Source: Felis catus
Taxonomy: Eukaryota
Direction: 5' to 3'
Length of the DNA: 64,000 bases
NCBI RefSeq assembly: GCF_018350175.1
Contig: NC_058368.1
Span: 52,143,815 to 52,207,814 of the forward strand
Position numbers and translations under genes: made by a program. This document shows positions 35,841-48,639 of the stretch, piece after piece. The stretch's first letter is position 1. Every line of letters starts with the position of its first letter. The notes below the pieces were generated by a model that saw only the letters and a program-made list of their open reading frames with translations, was not told the origin of the DNA and ran no database searches.

Positions 35841-35922
35841 TGCGGGTGTGCATGCACACACAGACACGCGTGCACACACAGACACACCCACACACACATA
35901 CATCACGTGTGTGCATGATGTG
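35841..35922. repeat. imperfect (CA)/(TG) purine-pyrimidine tract
   Basis: Directly visible. Confidence 0.75.
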
Positions 35923-36749
35923 AGACACAATTTAGGCTATGCAAGGAAAATAAGCTCACTAAAAATATATTTTAGAGAAGTGGTTATTTAAACATGGATA
36001 GAGAGGTAAACAGAGCACAATGAGGAGGCAATTAATCAGAAGGAGTCCACCAGCAGGTTTCATATTATTTCTCAGTGTATTGAGCACAGTGTCAGTCAGT
36101 GGCTGAGAAAGCAATCCAGCCGCCAGTCTGTGCTCACGGGTTCCTGGAAATCTTCCCTAGGGTGCCCAGGACCCTGCTGTGGGGCAAACAGAGCCACAGA
36201 CCCTGACACCCACCAGGGGAAGGGAAGGCAGTGACTGTCCATAATTAAATCATCTGTAACCCTTTATCTTGTTTTGGTTCTCAGAAACAAATCAAGGACA
36301 CCATAAACAGAATATAAATTGCCCTTTGTAGTCCTGCCCTCTGGCATAATTAGCAGATGCCTGATCATAATGCAAGCCAGGGCAGGGAAAATCAATTTAC
36401 ATAATGAATTATGCTATTTCCATGTTATCTGGAAACTGCTTCTTCAAGTTCCTATGTTCCTTTTTTTAGGATGCCTCAGAAAGGGGTGTTTTGCCATGTT
36501 AATTCCCAGCCTAAAATCCTGGGATCCGGAGTCCTCAAAATGTAAAGGAACACTTAAAATTATCAACAAATTAAATGGAAATGTAGTTCTCAAGATTTCT
36601 GAAAGGATTGCTAAGAATCCTAGAGGATTCTTTTTTTTGTTTTACAATCATGAAACACTGACCACATGAATGGGGAAAATGTCACTTTCATATTTAATGG
36701 CAATTTGGAGGAAACAAATGTTTTTTAAACAAGGTATACAAAGGTGGGG

Positions 36750-36760
36750 AGAGGGAGAGG

Positions 36761-36804
<44 letters not shown>
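36750..36804. repeat. (GA)n microsatellite
   Basis: Directly visible; no SINE body adjacent. Confidence 0.95.
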
Positions 36805-36807
<3 letters not shown>

Positions 36808-37124
36808 TAAATTGGAAATGTCGGGAATCTTTCCCTAGTAGACAAAGTGAGGTCATTTTCAGATGGAAGATAAAAAGGGATGAAGTTTCAAACAGGGATA
36901 ATAAAGGAGGAAGGACTAGGGAATATATTCTTTGGGTGTTCTCTAGACTTACCAAGGTCTAAAAAGTAATGTTTCAATGTAATTTGGATTTAGAAAAGAC
37001 ACATGCTAAGTTTTGCTTGGCTATCCATCTTCTCTTGCTTCATATGCCAAAGTATGCTTCACTTAAAAAGATGGAAGAAATCTAGCAGGTATTTTGTAGG
37101 ATTTCTTTGCAATCAAAATGTTCA

Positions 37125-37370
37125 GGACGCCTGGGTAGCTTCAGTCAGTTAAACATCCGACTTCTGCTCAGGTCATGATTTTGCAGCTCCTGAGTTCAAG
37201 CCCCATGTCGGCTCTGTGCTGTAGCTCAGGGCCTGGAGCCTGCTTCAGATTCTGTGTCTTCCTCTCTCTCTGCCCCTCCCCTGCTCACGCTCTGTCTCTC
37301 TTTGTCTTTCAATAATAAATAAATGTTAAAAGAATTTTTGTAAATAAATTAACATTAAAATAAATTTTAA
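37125..37370 (+). mobile_element. CAN-SINE
   Basis: TSD AAA(A/G)TGTTCAG. Confidence 0.95.
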
Positions 37371-37599
37371 AAAAGTGTTCAGAAGCAAAATACAAATCCA
37401 CCTGTAAACTGGCAATCTGCCAATTAGTGGAAAGTTTATAAGCAAATTTAGCCATACATAAATTAGTAAAATTTAAAGTGGAATGTATGAAAGAAAGCAA
37501 TATAAAACCAGTAATTTAAAAAAGTAGTAGATATGCAGAGATGATCATAGACCTGGTGGTATTAGTGAAATATCAAGAGTAAGATTTGTGCCCGTGTTC

Positions 37600-38176
37600 A
37601 ATGTTGTTTACAGTGTGATTAACTAATTTTTAAACACTCTAGGAAAATGTCTTCCAAAATTTAACAAAATCGATAATTTTATACAAAAATACTTCTGACT
37701 CAAATTGACCCCCGTTGAGAGAAAGCCTTAAGAGACCAGTTGACATAGAATAAAAGAAAGTAATTAAAAAGTTCCAGACTTTGATGGTGTCATAGAAGAC
37801 TTGATGCATCCTCCAGAGTAGATTGTAAAAATCATATCATGTCAATGCTCTTTAATTATTCCAATGCAGGGAAAAACAGGTAACACTTTTACGTTTATTT
37901 TATAAAGTGAGTAAAAGATTTTTCCCCCAAAACTTGCTAGATTCCACCAAAAAAAGAAAAGTGTAGAGCAGTCTCACCTAGTAATATCCGTAGAGAAATC
38001 TTAGATGAATTACTCACAAATAGAATTCAGCAAAGTATTACAAAAACTATACGTGCTGACCAAGTAAGATTTATTCTAGGAATTGAAGAATGATTAAATA
38101 TGGGAAATCCATTAATAAAATTGAATGTTGTTGAGTTAAAATGATAAAGAATTTTTTTTAGAGTTTATTTATCTAT

Positions 38177-38229
<53 letters not shown>

Positions 38230-38470
38230 CCCAAGCAGGCTCCACACTGTCAGTGCAGAGCCCAAACTTGACATCACAAACATGTGATCATGACCTGAAC
38301 TGAAGTTGGATGCTTAACTGACTAAGCCACTCAGGTGCCCGTAAAGTTTTAAAAATCTTACGGGCATTTCTGTTCTTCATACATGCAAGAAAGGCATTTG
38401 ACAAAATTTAACACATGCTTTAAAAAAAAATAAAGCACTCAACAAAGTAAGCATTGATAGATAAGCCCTT
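37600..38470 (+). mobile_element. old L1 ORF2 (reverse transcriptase) relic
   Basis: ILDELLTNRIQQSITKTIRADQVRFILGIEE* (from about 37998) and KAFDKI (about 38390) resemble L1 [28 protein letters not shown]...AEKAFDKIQH. Confidence 0.85.
38152..38340 (-). mobile_element. CAN-SINE with long (GA)n
   Basis: Recognisable body and head. Confidence 0.93.
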
Positions 38471-38629
38471 AATATGGCCATATTAATATGGACTGAGTTA
38501 TCTATGCATCTCAGTACTACACACATTTATTTAAAAATAAAGAGAAAGTATTACATACATTTAAAACAAAAAACGGTATATTTTCAATACTATAAAAAGA
38601 CGTTTGGAAACAAATCTTTAAGATCTTTT

Positions 38630-38851
38630 ATTTAAAAATTTTTTTTAACATTTTTTATTTATTTTTGAGACAGAGAGAGACAGAGCATGAACGGGAGAGG
38701 GGCAGAGAGAGAGGGAGACACAGAATCGGAAACAGGCTCCAGGCTCTGAGCCATCAGCACAGAGCCCGATGCGGGGCTGGAACTCACGGACTGTGAGATC
38801 ATGACCTGAGCCGAAGTCAGACGCTTAACCGACTGAGCCACCCAGGCGCCC
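38630..38851 (-). mobile_element. CAN-SINE (SINEC_Fc-like)
   Basis: TSD TTAAGATCTTTTA. Confidence 0.97.
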
Positions 38852-39651
38852 TTAAGATCTTTTAAAATTGGAGTGCCCTGGTGATGAGACAGAGCCTAGA
38901 GTGAAACAGACTCCAGGAGAACTGATGTGACATCAGCAGAGCCTGGAGACATTCACCAGAGGGAATCCTAAAAGGTAAGTCCATAATGAGTGAAAGGCAG
39001 TCGGCGGGTACCCTCTGCGACTTGCAACTCTTTAGAACAGTGTGGTGGAGATTTTTTTGGGTATTCCCCCCCAAGTTTGCCTCCTCTACCCCACTTAAAA
39101 CTTTCTTCCCCTTTTCCTTCGCTGTGATTTACCCATTACTCTGACACTTTTGTCTTTCTGAGACACTTTTAAAAATTACAGCTGTTTGTCAGTAACTTCT
39201 CATATCACAATTTCATTTTGCAATGAGGAATTATACGTGTTTTGAGATTTCGAAAGTGAAAGGAAAATGCTCTCATAACTATGTCTCAATTTCACACATA
39301 GTGTGGGGTAAACGACCAGCAAAGGTGTTGTTAATTTTACATCAGAATGTATTCTATCTGTCATGATTGTGTAATCACCTACAGTTCGTGATATCATTTT
39401 TCTAGCCTCTTTTGAACAGACATACAGAGAAATGACGGACATTTCCTCTGACTAAAAAGACTTGGAATATTCTTTCCCTTTAGTTGACAGAAAGGCAAAC
39501 TGAATAAACATAGGAACAATCTCTGCAACATCTTATCAGGTTGACAGTTTGAGTTGACCATACGAGCAGCGCACTAGCTGGTACATTCCCTGAGTGTGGG
39601 TGCCATGTTCCATTTAGGCACCGCCATGTCCTTAAGGCCTGGCGCTATGCC

Positions 39652-39722
39652 TGTTGAGTTAATGTTGAGTTAGTTGTTGAGTTGAGTTAGTGTTGAGTTA
39701 ATGATGTTGGATGATTGAATGA
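39652..39722. repeat. (TGTTGAGTTA)-like short tandem repeat at an L2-like 3' tail
   Basis: tgttgagttaatgttgagttagttgttgagttgagttagtgttgagttaatg. Confidence 0.7.
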
Positions 39723-40002
39723 GTGCCATCCTGATGACTGTTACTGATTTTGCTGTCCACTTTGATAACCTAAATTTGCCCCACATGCCACAGTGATAGT
39801 CACAGAACATCACCTTCTTTGCAGAAAAACAGCTTTCCTCAGTCAAGGCTAAATAAGTAACAGAGACTGACTATAAAAACCTCCTATTTGGGTTAGAATG
39901 AACCTCACCAAGGCCATGTGACCCAGCCATGTAAAAGCTAGGAGCCGGACAAGAGGTTTCCATTTTGAAGAAGCAAATCAGCAAGAGTTAAGGAAAACTT
40001 CG

Positions 40003-40205
40003 AGAGGCTCCTGGATGGCTCAGTCAGTTGAGTGTCTGACTCTTGGTTTCTGCTCAGGTCATCACCTCATGGCTCATGGGATCGAGCCCCTGTCTGACTC
40101 TGCTTGGAATTCTCTCCCTCTCTCTTCCCCTCCCCCGTGCATGCATGCTCTCTCTCGCTCTCTCTCTCTCTCTCTTTCTCTCAATATAAATAAACTTAAA
40201 AAAAA
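40003..40205 (+). mobile_element. CAN-SINE (internally deleted)
   Basis: GGCTCCTGGATGGCTCAGTCAGTTGAG head, (CT)n, poly-A. Confidence 0.92.
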
Positions 40206-40744
40206 GACTTTGAATTAACACATTCAAAAAATAGTAATCAAAAGATGAATATCACCAGAAAATTGCAAGCTTTTTTAAACAAGTTGAAGGATATGGAGGT
40301 AAAATGATGTTTCTAATTAGATTCACTCACCTAAAATCTTTCATCTTTCTTACTGGTCTGATGCTCACAGGCATAAGGTCACTGTGAGATTAGTGATAAA
40401 ATACACAGGTTTATAAAGTTCATAACACAGCTGACTTGGGTAGGTTTCACATGTCCAATGTGTGGCCCGGAGGCAGGAGTGTTTATTTCAATCAGTAACA
40501 AACATGGCAAATGATGTGTCACCCTGACATCATCACTGCTGGTCACTGGAAATGCTGGCTGAACATCATCCCAGAACCCAATTCCCATTTGGTCCCCTGC
40601 CAAACTGTTTGAATAAATCCAGACAAGTTTACAATTTTTGCTTTGTCTGAAAAAGATCTCTTTCGCTTGGCAGTCTAAATACACTTCAGAACATTTGAGG
40701 ATAGGTTGTCACTTTTTATACCTAAAAAAGGACTTTCAAAGCTC

Positions 40745-40821
40745 TTTTTTTCCTTTTCTTTAATGTTTATTTATTTTGAGAGAGAGACAGAGAGAAAGCA
40801 GACAAGAACAAGTGGGGGAGG

Positions 40822-40864
<43 letters not shown>

Positions 40865-40990
40865 TCCCAAGCAGGCTCCACACTGTCAGCACAGAGCTGA
40901 CAACCAACGCAGGGCTGGATATCATAAACCCTGAAATCATGACATGAGCTGAAATCAAGAGTTGGATGCTTCACCAACTAAGCCACCCCA
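40745..40990 (-). mobile_element. CAN-SINE
   Basis: Recognisable body, (GA)n, T-tail. Confidence 0.93.
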
Positions 40991-41014
40991 GAACCAATCG
41001 AATCTCTTAAAAAC

Positions 41015-42360
41015 ATCTTTATTGAAATATAATTCACACACCATTCAATTCACCCATGGCTTTTACTATATTCACAGAGTTATTCATTCATGACCGCAAT
41101 TAATTTTAGAACATTGGCATTACCCTGAAAAGAAACTCCCCACTCCTGACCCATCACCTTCCCCATCTTCCTATCTTCCCCAGTCCTAGGAGAATATTGA
41201 GTCCCCTTCTCTCCTCTGAGGCTTGTTTTTTTGTTGCTATTTGTTTGTTTGCTTAGTGATATACTAGACTATTTTAGTGAAGTTTTTTCCCCCTGAAGTA
41301 TGAAACCTTTGGTGTCTAAGTGGGCATTGCCTTGGGCATACAGTTACCCATGTATCAGCAGAGCTCTCTTGGAAATCTTTCCTGATCGCTCTTTTAAAAT
41401 TTCTACCTCATTTGCTATTACACCCACCTATTAGGCTCTACTAATTACGAGCTGTTTTTGACAACGCCCTGGGACATAAGTTGCTCTGTAGTCTAAACCA
41501 ATGAAATTCAGGCAGGAGTACTTTTTGAGGTCAGTCTTTGTCATTGTTCTGACCTCAGGAGGGTACTTCTTGATGTCTCTTTCTCTGTTTGTCTTTAGTG
41601 AAGGAACTATTCTATGTTTATAGTTTTCGCTCCCCATTAAGAGGGCCTATTGCTTTCAAGAACACCGTTCTGCTTGAATTTCACCCAATGAAATAAAGAC
41701 AATTCCTTGGGGGAAAGCTTCAGAGGTCTCTTTTCTTCCTGACTCTCTCTCCATCTGGGCAAAATTTCTCAATCCTACTCCAGGGCTGGTTGGAGTGGTT
41801 AGTGTCAGGTCCTCTGGTCTCAGGGCCCCACTGTGATGGTGTGGAATTTCTGTCCTCTGTTTGAGATGATGTCAGAGTAATAGGAACCCCAGTGGTCCTG
41901 CCAGCCACGGCCTGGAGTAGAACCTCTATGCTTTGAGTCGGGGCTGGGTGGAGGAAGGCAGCCTCCCACCTCTCTGTAACACTCACCTGGAATTTGTCCT
42001 TGTCAACTTAAAGTAGGAGGGGATGAGAAATGCTGATAGCCTGATCCTCTCAATAAAATGCAGTAACCCTTGACTGGAAGCCAAGGGGAGGGGGCACCCA
42101 TATTCTTGGCCATATTCACCTGGATTGGCACTTCTATCAGGGTGTGGGGAGGGAGAGAAGGGTCGTGGCCCAAATGCCGCGGACTCTCACTGTTCTTAGT
42201 TTTAGTAAGTTTTCTTCAATAAGTGTTTTTTTTTTTTCTTTATTTGCTCTATGTCATTAGGACAATTCCAGAGATTCAAGTTATTGTCTTCTTTTGTTTT
42301 TAAAATTCGGTTCACTGGTTTTTCTTGTTGTGCTGGAGAGTCAGCAGGGCTCCACGCTGG
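41015..42360 (-). mobile_element. old L1M fragments (3' end at about 41015-41200, then 5'UTR-like sequence)
   Basis: CTTTATTGAAATATAATTCACACACC...AATTAATTTTAGAACATT is a reverse L1M 3' end; the remainder is a weaker match. Confidence 0.6.
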
Positions 42361-42815
42361 TGTCTCGGAAGCGAGACTCTGATCCCTTGCTCGTCATGTT
42401 TGTGACATTCTCTTCTTTATGGTTTTGGCTCTGGATAACTGATGCTAAAACCAATGGAAGAACGTTTAGTGTTTCTTTGACATCCTTCGAGTGTGGCGAT
42501 TTATATCATCATTACTATTTTATAGGTGAAGAAAAACCACTGTGCAGGTTTTTTTCTGGATAAGTAAATAATGAAATTTAAAAGAAAATTAGCATAAATA
42601 ACAGTTCTTAGTGTATGAACTCTAGTCCCATTTGGTACATTTAAAGCTATTTTAAAGATTCCAAACCATATCACTCCATGTGTAAAAAGATAACTCCTCT
42701 TCTTTCTGTAGCTTTAGCTTCAAATTTGGAAAAAAATCATAGCTGTGTGTTGTTCTCATCTCCTACACAGTTCAAAATATAAAATCCTGGAAGTGGTTAG
42801 GATATGATTAGCATC

Positions 42816-43036
42816 GGGGTGCCTGGGTGGTTCAGTAAGTTAAGCATCTGGCTCTTGGTTTCAGCTCAGGTCATGACCTCATAGTTCCTGAGTTTGAGCC
42901 CTGTGTCAGGCTCTGGGCTGACAGTGCAGAGCCTGCTTGGAATTCTCTCTCTCTCCCTCCCTCGCTCCCTGCCCCACCCTACTCCCCCAAATAAATAAAT
43001 AAACTTAAATAAATAAATAAATAACTTAAAAAAAAA
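42816..43036 (+). mobile_element. CAN-SINE
   Basis: Perfect TSD AGGATATGATTAGCATC. Confidence 0.96.
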
Positions 43037-43151
43037 AGGATATGATTAGCATCTTCGAGAGCCATTAAAGTGTACCTTTAATTAGCTTTGCATATAAGAT
43101 AATGATATTAGTTAATTTTACCTCTCAAGGTGTTTTTATAAAATGAAATTA

Positions 43152-43374
43152 GGGGCGCCTGGGTGGCTCAGTCGGTTAAGCGGCCGACTTCGGCTCAGGT
43201 CATGATCTCTCGGTCTGTGATTTCGAGCCCCACGTCGGGCTCTGTGCTGACAGCTCAGAGCCTGGAGCCTGTTTCGGATTCGGTGTCTCCCTCTCTCTGA
43301 CCCTCCCCTGTTCATGCTCTGTCTCTTCCTGTCTCAAAAATAAATAAGACCTTAAAAAAAATTTAAAAAAAATT
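43152..43374 (+). mobile_element. young CAN-SINE (SINEC_Fc-like)
   Basis: CpG-rich; TSD TAAATGAAATTA-like. Confidence 0.97.
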
Positions 43375-45644
43375 AAATGAAATTAAAGTTTGACAATTCT
43401 AGTACCTTGCCTAAGCAGGCAATAAACGTTAGCTCACTTTCTTTTCAATAGTTCATTTAGAGACTCTCCAAAACATGAACTGAGACTCCTATTCCTCTGT
43501 TTTTCTGAGATTATTCTGAAGCTGAGTAGCTGAGGTCATGACTGAAGCAACCTCTTCACCATTTTATATGAGGGCATGTTGTTCTGATATAAGTCTGTCC
43601 CTTTCTCCCAGCCTCTCGTACCTCGCTGTCTCTTGAAACTGAATGAAAAATTTCAAAGCAATCTTGCTTTCAATGTCAAGTTGCCTGGTGGTCCCACTCA
43701 TCATTCACATTTGGATATAAATTTACAGTAACATTTCAGTTATATAAATATTTTTAAAAGCCCTTGTTGTTAGGAAGGCTTACATATTCATCCATCCATT
43801 CAGTCATTTGTTCGACGAGTCAAATGATTATGTTAGGGGATGAATCTCATATGAATAAGACACAGAGCCTCTGAGAAGCTCATGGTCCATTAGGGGAGTT
43901 AGACATTATGGCATGTGCTATGAAGGGGATATTTATTAGGCAATATGGGAGTAAGAGGAGGACCGAGTCACCTAATGAGTCAAGGAATAAAGAAATAATC
44001 CTCCTTTCTTTATTTTAAGGATCAATCCCTGATTGGCTGTATATTAAAGAGTATAAAACATATATGTTATTGGGGATGGAATTAGGAGGAATGTGTGTGT
44101 AGGTGGGACTTTTGGGACATCTGGATAGATCATATGTTTAAGCCTACAGAAGCCAGGTTGTTGTTCATCTGAGTCAGTGAATTTGAATTTGGAGACTGAG
44201 TAAAAGTGAAGCTACATGTGAAATTTAGGCAGTAAAGGTCAGTGGCAGATAAAGGAAATTGAAAGACTGACTTGAGAGAGACTTTTTCTTATTTAGTGGA
44301 ACAGGAACATCTCAGACAAATAGGAACATCTCAGACAAAGTTATTGCCACGTATTTATACTCATTCTCATTTCTCATGTATTCTTGAGTGAGGGGGGAGG
44401 AAGAAGAATACCATGAGAACCATCCAAGGTGGGGAAAGAACAATAACAACATGGCCAACACCTTAACCATATCGATCCCAGAGAGAAAACTTGTTACCCA
44501 CTGGCACTCTGCTTGGGAACCTGGATAGATTAGGACCACCTTTGAGGAAGACAACTCAACACTAGGGTGACTATCAGGCCTAAAGGACTGGGGTGGTCTA
44601 GATACTTTGGTCAGATTTGGCTTAGGATAATACTCTGGAGTTTCAAATTAATCCTTTCAAATCCTTGCCTAACAGAGACGAGCCAATTAAGACCCAAGAA
44701 GCTGAAATGTCTTGTCCAGGGTCACATCATTATATCAGAGAGAAATAAGAACTATAAACCCATTCTTAAAGTTAGACATCATAGCCCTAATATCAGGCTG
44801 CCTTGTAACTGCAGAATGCAGTCTTTGCTTCTCTAAAATATTCTAGTTTTACCATATTTTTTGGTGGTTGGGCTCCCTCCTGCCTTAATTTTACCTAGTA
44901 AATTTAATACCACAAGTCCCTACACTCACAATATTGCAAACCAGAAAGACTAAAATAATTATATGCTCTTGAACTAGTGAGGAACAAGGAAGAACAAAAA
45001 TGACCTGTCTGCTAGGGGCTGGATGGCCACAACTTTATTGGACAAACAACAATAGAAATCCAACTCAACACACATCCACTGAGTGTTCACTGGGTTTATG
45101 TCTACACATTGTATGGTCAATAAGAGAAAAAATACAGTGTGGACATTTCACATGTTATCACCTTTCCAGGTCTTGGCTCACTGTCAAAGTTATGGAAATG
45201 GAACTCTCTAGACACAGATGGAAGGAAGACCTTCCCATAAAGAAATTTTTTGGACAATTCACTTGTATTTTGCTCTCTCATATTTTCCTGGTTCCTAGCA
45301 CAGTGACTAGCATAGAACAGGTCTTGATAATCTTTGATGAATAAGTGAAGGAATAGTGCAAAATCTTTGTTGAGCATTTTATATCATATTTGATTGGTAC
45401 CTTGTGACATGTTCCCAAAAGCTTCATGCCAACTGACTTCAATGTTGATGGTGAGAACTCAGCCTTTGCAAGTTTGCTTGACTTGGTGGATTCACCTGAT
45501 CATCTAGTCAACATACTCCACATACTCTGCCAGATGCCAGGCACACAAAGACATTTTGGACAGAGGCAACAGTGTGGAGGCAATTAAGACATAAGAGTCA
45601 ATACTGCAAGTATTGTCTATGCTTATTATCTCTATTTTCTCGAA

Positions 45645-47190
45645 TTCTACTTTCTGTTGATCCTACTCTAGTCTGGCTTTCACCACTGCTGCAGCACTAG
45701 AAGCATTTCTGGAGAGGTCACTAATGACAAGCATTTCACTAAGCGCAATGCCGTCTTTCCACCTTCATCACACTTGATCCTGCAGGAGTACTGACAGTTC
45801 ACCGCACCCTTGTTACTGAAACACTCTGATCCTTCGCCTTTCATGACTTCACATCTCTATTGTGGTTTTTCTCCTCCTTCTTGCTTTTGCCAGTTCGTTC
45901 TTTGCCACTTGGCCTTAAATAGTTGATACTTCCTGAAGTTTTATCAAAGGCCCATTATCTGTTTTTTATTCCCTAGTCAATCTCAACCATAACCATAGTT
46001 TCAATCTTCATTTGTAATTCTCTGCCTTTTCTGTTGACTCGAATTGTTCGCTGAACTCCAGATCCATAGAACCAACTGCCTCCCTGCCACCTCCACATGC
46101 TTATCTCGTGGGTAATCTATGCTTCACACCTCCCAAACCAAGCTCATCCTTCCCTCTCCACACTCAGCTCTCCCCCATTATCCCGTATCTCAGGGAGTGA
46201 CTCTGCTATCTTTTCAATGCACAAGGAGGGTAGTTGGGAATCATCTCTGACATCTTCCCGTTTTCAGTCTCCATATTCAACTAAGGCTTCCAATCTTTCT
46301 TCTAAGTATTTCTCCTTGACCTATTTCTCTTTATCTCTATGACTATCATGCTGGTCCAAGCTATTGTTACCTCTCACCCTGTTTAATAGCCTCCATACTG
46401 GCCCCTTACACATGCTCTTGCACTCCTCGAATACTCACTCTTCGTTGTGAACAAAATGATCTTTTTCAAATGCAAATCTGTTGATGTAATTCCTCTGCTT
46501 TGATGCCTTCTCTTCATATTAAGGTAAGATCCCAAATTTTAAATATGGGCCACAAGGCCCTGTGTAATATAATAATGTCTGTCTATCGTATCAGTCATAT
46601 CTGGAACCACTCACTCCTCCATTTCCTCTACTTTAGCCACAACAGCTTCTTCCCAGTTTTCTGAATACACTTTCTCTTCCTGTTTTAGTGCCTTTGTATA
46701 CACTATTCCTTCTGCCGGGAATAATCTCTGTCCCAGGGATTCACTAACTCCCACTCATACACATATTGCTTACTGTTTATGTATCACTTCTGCATTTCCT
46801 GATCCTCCACAATAGTTGTTTCCTCAATAAGATGCTCTGTTGGCGCCATTACACCACATATTATAGCTGCAATTAGTTGTTTAATATATTTAAATTCCCC
46901 ATTCAAAAATACGTGTTGAATGAATGACTCCAAAATCTCTAGTTCTGTCTCTCCCCTGGAGCTTCAGAGTTTTTTCAAATTATTATTATTATTATTTTGC
47001 TTTCGTATTCTTCCTGAATACATACTCTCCTGATGTTCCCTCTCTTACACACCCGATTTCAACTAACATTCACCTCATCTACATTGCCTACATCACCTAC
47101 ATTTGCATCTACATCTTCCAAATCAGAGAGTCATCCCACATCCTGTTTCCTCATCTTCAGATCCAGTCTATCCCAAGTGCTGCTGTTTAG
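45645..47190 (+). mobile_element. L2 relics (about 1.3 kb ORF2/3' piece plus an adjacent second piece)
   Basis: LILL*SGFHHCCSTRSISGEVTND resembles L2 RT LDPLQSGFRPHHSTETALxKVTND; terminus GTTGAATGAATGA at about 46920. Confidence 0.8.
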
Positions 47191-47206
47191 CTTACGAGGC
47201 ATTTAC

Positions 47207-47729
47207 TGTGGGAAATAAGCCCACCAACCCAATTAAAGGAGGGACCCGGAGACTCGGAGCACAGTGAAATGAGGCTTCAACCAAAATTCTTGCAAGAGCA
47301 GGTGTCGGGTGGACAGGCACACTTGGGGCAGTTACAGCAGGCAATTTATCTCCTAGTGTGCAAGTCTGTCCCCTGGTTCCTCATTGGCTGAGTACTACAG
47401 AGGTTACAGCCTTACCTGGACATGGCCTATGCCCACAGAAGGCAAAAAGTAGTTTGATTGGAACAAATGTACATTCCCCGAGGTGATGCAGAGACCGTCA
47501 GTCCCTCCTCCCTTTGTTCTTTGATGAATCTCATTGCAAAGCCTGAGAAAATAAGCCTGAGAAACGGAGAGGGGAAGAAGAACCAGGAAGTAAAGTGTCT
47601 AAGGGTTTGGGACCCCATTGTGGTGGGTGCTCGTACATACTTCCAATAGGTTGTAAACCTACTGTTAACTAGACAGCATAGCCTTTATTTGGCATTTCTG
47701 GAAATGAATCATCTTCCTTACTTCTCACG
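47207..47729 (-). mobile_element. solo LTR, probably carnivore-specific ERV
   Basis: TG...CA-type termini with TTTAC/CTTAC flanks; on the minus strand CCAAT (47383-47387) precedes a TATA-like GATAAA (47345-47350); interrupts L2. Confidence 0.7.
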
Positions 47730-48178
47730 CTTACTGCATCTATATTTTCACCACGCTCACAACGACCTTTAAGTCTTTGCTGGTCTCATCTTACTCTTCT
47801 GTTCTTCAATTCTAGAGGCCTTGCTTTTTGTTTTTCAATAACTATTTGATGGAAGAGTTAACCTACCAAACCACTTAGCCTTTTATCATTCCATTTGGAA
47901 ACTTGATCAGGCTGAACAGACATTATTTGGTCAGCTTTTGTTTCTAGCTCATAATCAAAGGATTTTCCTCAAAGGAAAATTCTGTTGCTACTTTGAGGAA
48001 ACTTGTCTTAAGGTAGTTACTTCTTTTGAGCCAGAAAACTGAGGCTTTTCATTAACATATAAATGGGTCTAAGAGTTAATATCCAGAGGCAAATTTGTAG
48101 CTTGTTTCTACTCTTTTTGATGATTTCCCGCATATTATTTCATTTAAAAATGATTTAAAAAATGAACCACAAAAACCC

Positions 48179-48639
48179 TGTGAGAGGTTGAATATACAAA
48201 GAGACAATGACCAGACCACTTACAGACTAGAGCTCTGCCCCACCGCTTCTGCAACAACCAGCCCAGGAAGCAAACCGCAGACCTCTGCAGCAATTGGCCC
48301 CCAACAGGCAAGGCTTTCTCGGTAACTTCCAGCTTCCCTAATTTTTGCCACTGTTTCCAACGCAAGGGCAGCCAGAAAAAGCCAAATATAATTCCTAAAC
48401 CAATCACATAGGTTCCTTGCTTCTAGTTAGCTCACTTCCAGTTTCCCCGTTCCAGAAGCTTGAAATCAGAATATACCTGAAACCCTCTTTTCTTGTCCTC
48501 ACTATAAAACTTTCCCGCTCCCCTCCCTGCCTACTTTTGAGTCTCTGCCAAACACAAGAGATGGTGGCGAACTCCCTTGCTGTAACAAGCCCTGAATAAA
48601 TAGCCACGGCTTGTTCTGTGGCATTTATTTATTTTCACA
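48179..48639 (+). mobile_element. MER110/MER31-like ERV1 solo LTR
   Basis: TG...CA termini; CCAAT 48400, TATAAAA 48503, AATAAA 48595; GAGTCTCTGCCAAAC...CTCCCTTGCT motif. Confidence 0.85.
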
